Source of the DNA: Glycera tridactyla
Taxonomy: Eukaryota
Direction of reading: 5' to 3'
Assembly: GCA_965644265.1 (NCBI GenBank)
Contig: OZ286476.1
Coordinates: forward strand, 20,212,001 to 20,276,000
DNA: 64,000 nucleotides
Shown one piece after another: positions 63,001 through 64,000 of this stretch. The notes beneath the pieces are model-generated. The model was given only the letters and a program-made list of their open reading frames with translations, ran no database searches and was not told the origin of the DNA. Numbering within the stretch: the first letter of the stretch is position 1; every line of letters starts with the position of its first letter. The translations under genes and the position numbers were made by a program.

Positions 63001-64000
63001 TTGTTGGTGAAGTGATCCAATCCAATGAGTCCCAAGTTGAATCAGCTCTTTGTTTGGTTGATGCACAAGAGAAGATTGCTGAATCAGATTTACTGAGCCA
63101 GTCTGAAAATCCTGAATCTGAGCTTTGTTTCCATGAAATACAAGAAGGTACTCAGGTGGCATCATATTCTTGTTTAGATAAAGTGCAAGAAGGGTCAGAC
63201 AATTTCAGACGACCCTCAGAGTCTGATTTATTTCAGGATGTTGATGAGGGGGGACAGGAGGCTTCGATTGATTCTGTTCCTGATATTGATGATGGAAAAC
63301 AGGAGGCTGAGCCTTCATCAGGAACACCTTCTGAATTTGAAGTACAACGGAGAGCATCTGAATCTAATGACCTCAGCCAACCTGAAGAGCTTCATCCTGT
63401 AGAGACCTCTGAAGAGATCAGTCAGATGGGTGATAAACTGGTAGAATCATCTTCTACTTTAAGAAATACACATGAAGTCACGCCTATATTTGACTCTGTT
63501 AACCTGATAAAAGAGTCAGATTCGAATGTTGAGATTGAGCAAGGTACTGCTGAGGCAACTTTGAAAGGTGACACCCTCATAGAATTATCCCACCATCCTG
63601 TTGATGAACAAATAAATGCATATGAATTTGACTCTCAGCATGGAAATGAAGAGATTGCCTCCAAGCATGATGCTGAGGTTGTGATCCAGGAAACTCCTGT
63701 ATCATCAGAAACTTCTCCTGAGTCACATTCTTCTGGAAGTGTGACAGAAACTTGTGATGGAGAAACACAGCAAGAAATGGGCTGGTCCAGAGAAGGCATA
63801 TCTTCAAGTCATATCTTGAAGCAGTCAGATGAGTTGGTCTTAGAAGAGGGTGATGAATATTTGAAGCAGTCAAATAACTTAGTTTCAGTAGAGGGTGATG
63901 AAGTTGATGAGTATTTGAAGCAGTCAAATAATTTGGTTTCAGAAGAGGGTGATGTGTATCTGACTGAAGTAGGTGATGCATTGTCTGATTTTGATGACGT
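60064..64000 (+). CDS. Second giant exon, E/S/D-rich disordered segment, >=3937 nt (>1310 aa), open to window end; absent from ORF track
   Basis: gatattgcag phase-1 acceptor. Hand translation (G)GA CCT GTT CCA...GAT TTT GAT GAC GT found no stop, and the frame closes arithmetically at 64000. Confidence 0.85.

Larger units (their letters stand above)
2395..64000 (+). other. Internal part of a giant titin/obscurin-like gene (tandem I-set Ig plus PEVK-like acidic segments); 44 exons mapped, both ends outside window
   Basis: Exons bounded by AG/GT splice in one continuous frame. Each Ig exon has the I-set signature P-x-x-F-x-x-P-L-x-D...ECE...W-x-x-x-G...DG-x-x-H-x-L-x-I...D-x-A-E-F/Y. No Fn3 or kinase in window, so no symbol assigned. 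Confidence 0.9.

Noticed and set aside
2395-64000. Naming the gene titin, obscurin, twitchin/projectin or sallimus
   Set aside because: Diagnostic Fn3 super-repeats, kinase, RhoGEF/SH3 and termini are outside the window; family-level call only

Overview
Animal (invertebrate-looking, AT-rich; taxon not determinable) genomic DNA. The whole window lies inside one giant + strand gene for a titin/obscurin-class muscle protein of tandem I-set Ig domains plus acidic PEVK-like spacers. I mapped 44 exons by hand (43 complete, 1 running off the right edge), about 18.9 kb of coding sequence or >6300 aa. There are 39 Ig domains in 40 exons, three E/P/S/V-rich exons (3945, 249 and 198 nt) and a second acidic giant exon (60064 to >64000, >1310 aa) that the ORF track missed. 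Every intron is phase 1 except one phase-0 intron that splits a single Ig domain. The Ig exons form two 2-domain super-repeats: (A279/B270)x8 and (F/G)(H/I)x3. Signals worth a second look are class-specific weak donors, sense-strand (T)GCATG enrichment, mosaic exon homogenisation, a decayed Ig exon and candidate micro-exons. Together they suggest a combinatorially spliced, concertedly evolving elastic-protein cassette. The start, stop, Fn3 and kinase regions are not in the window, so orthology is unresolved. Introns carry MITEs, a SINE remnant, microsatellites and local tandem duplications. No rRNA, tRNA, CRISPR or prokaryotic features were seen.
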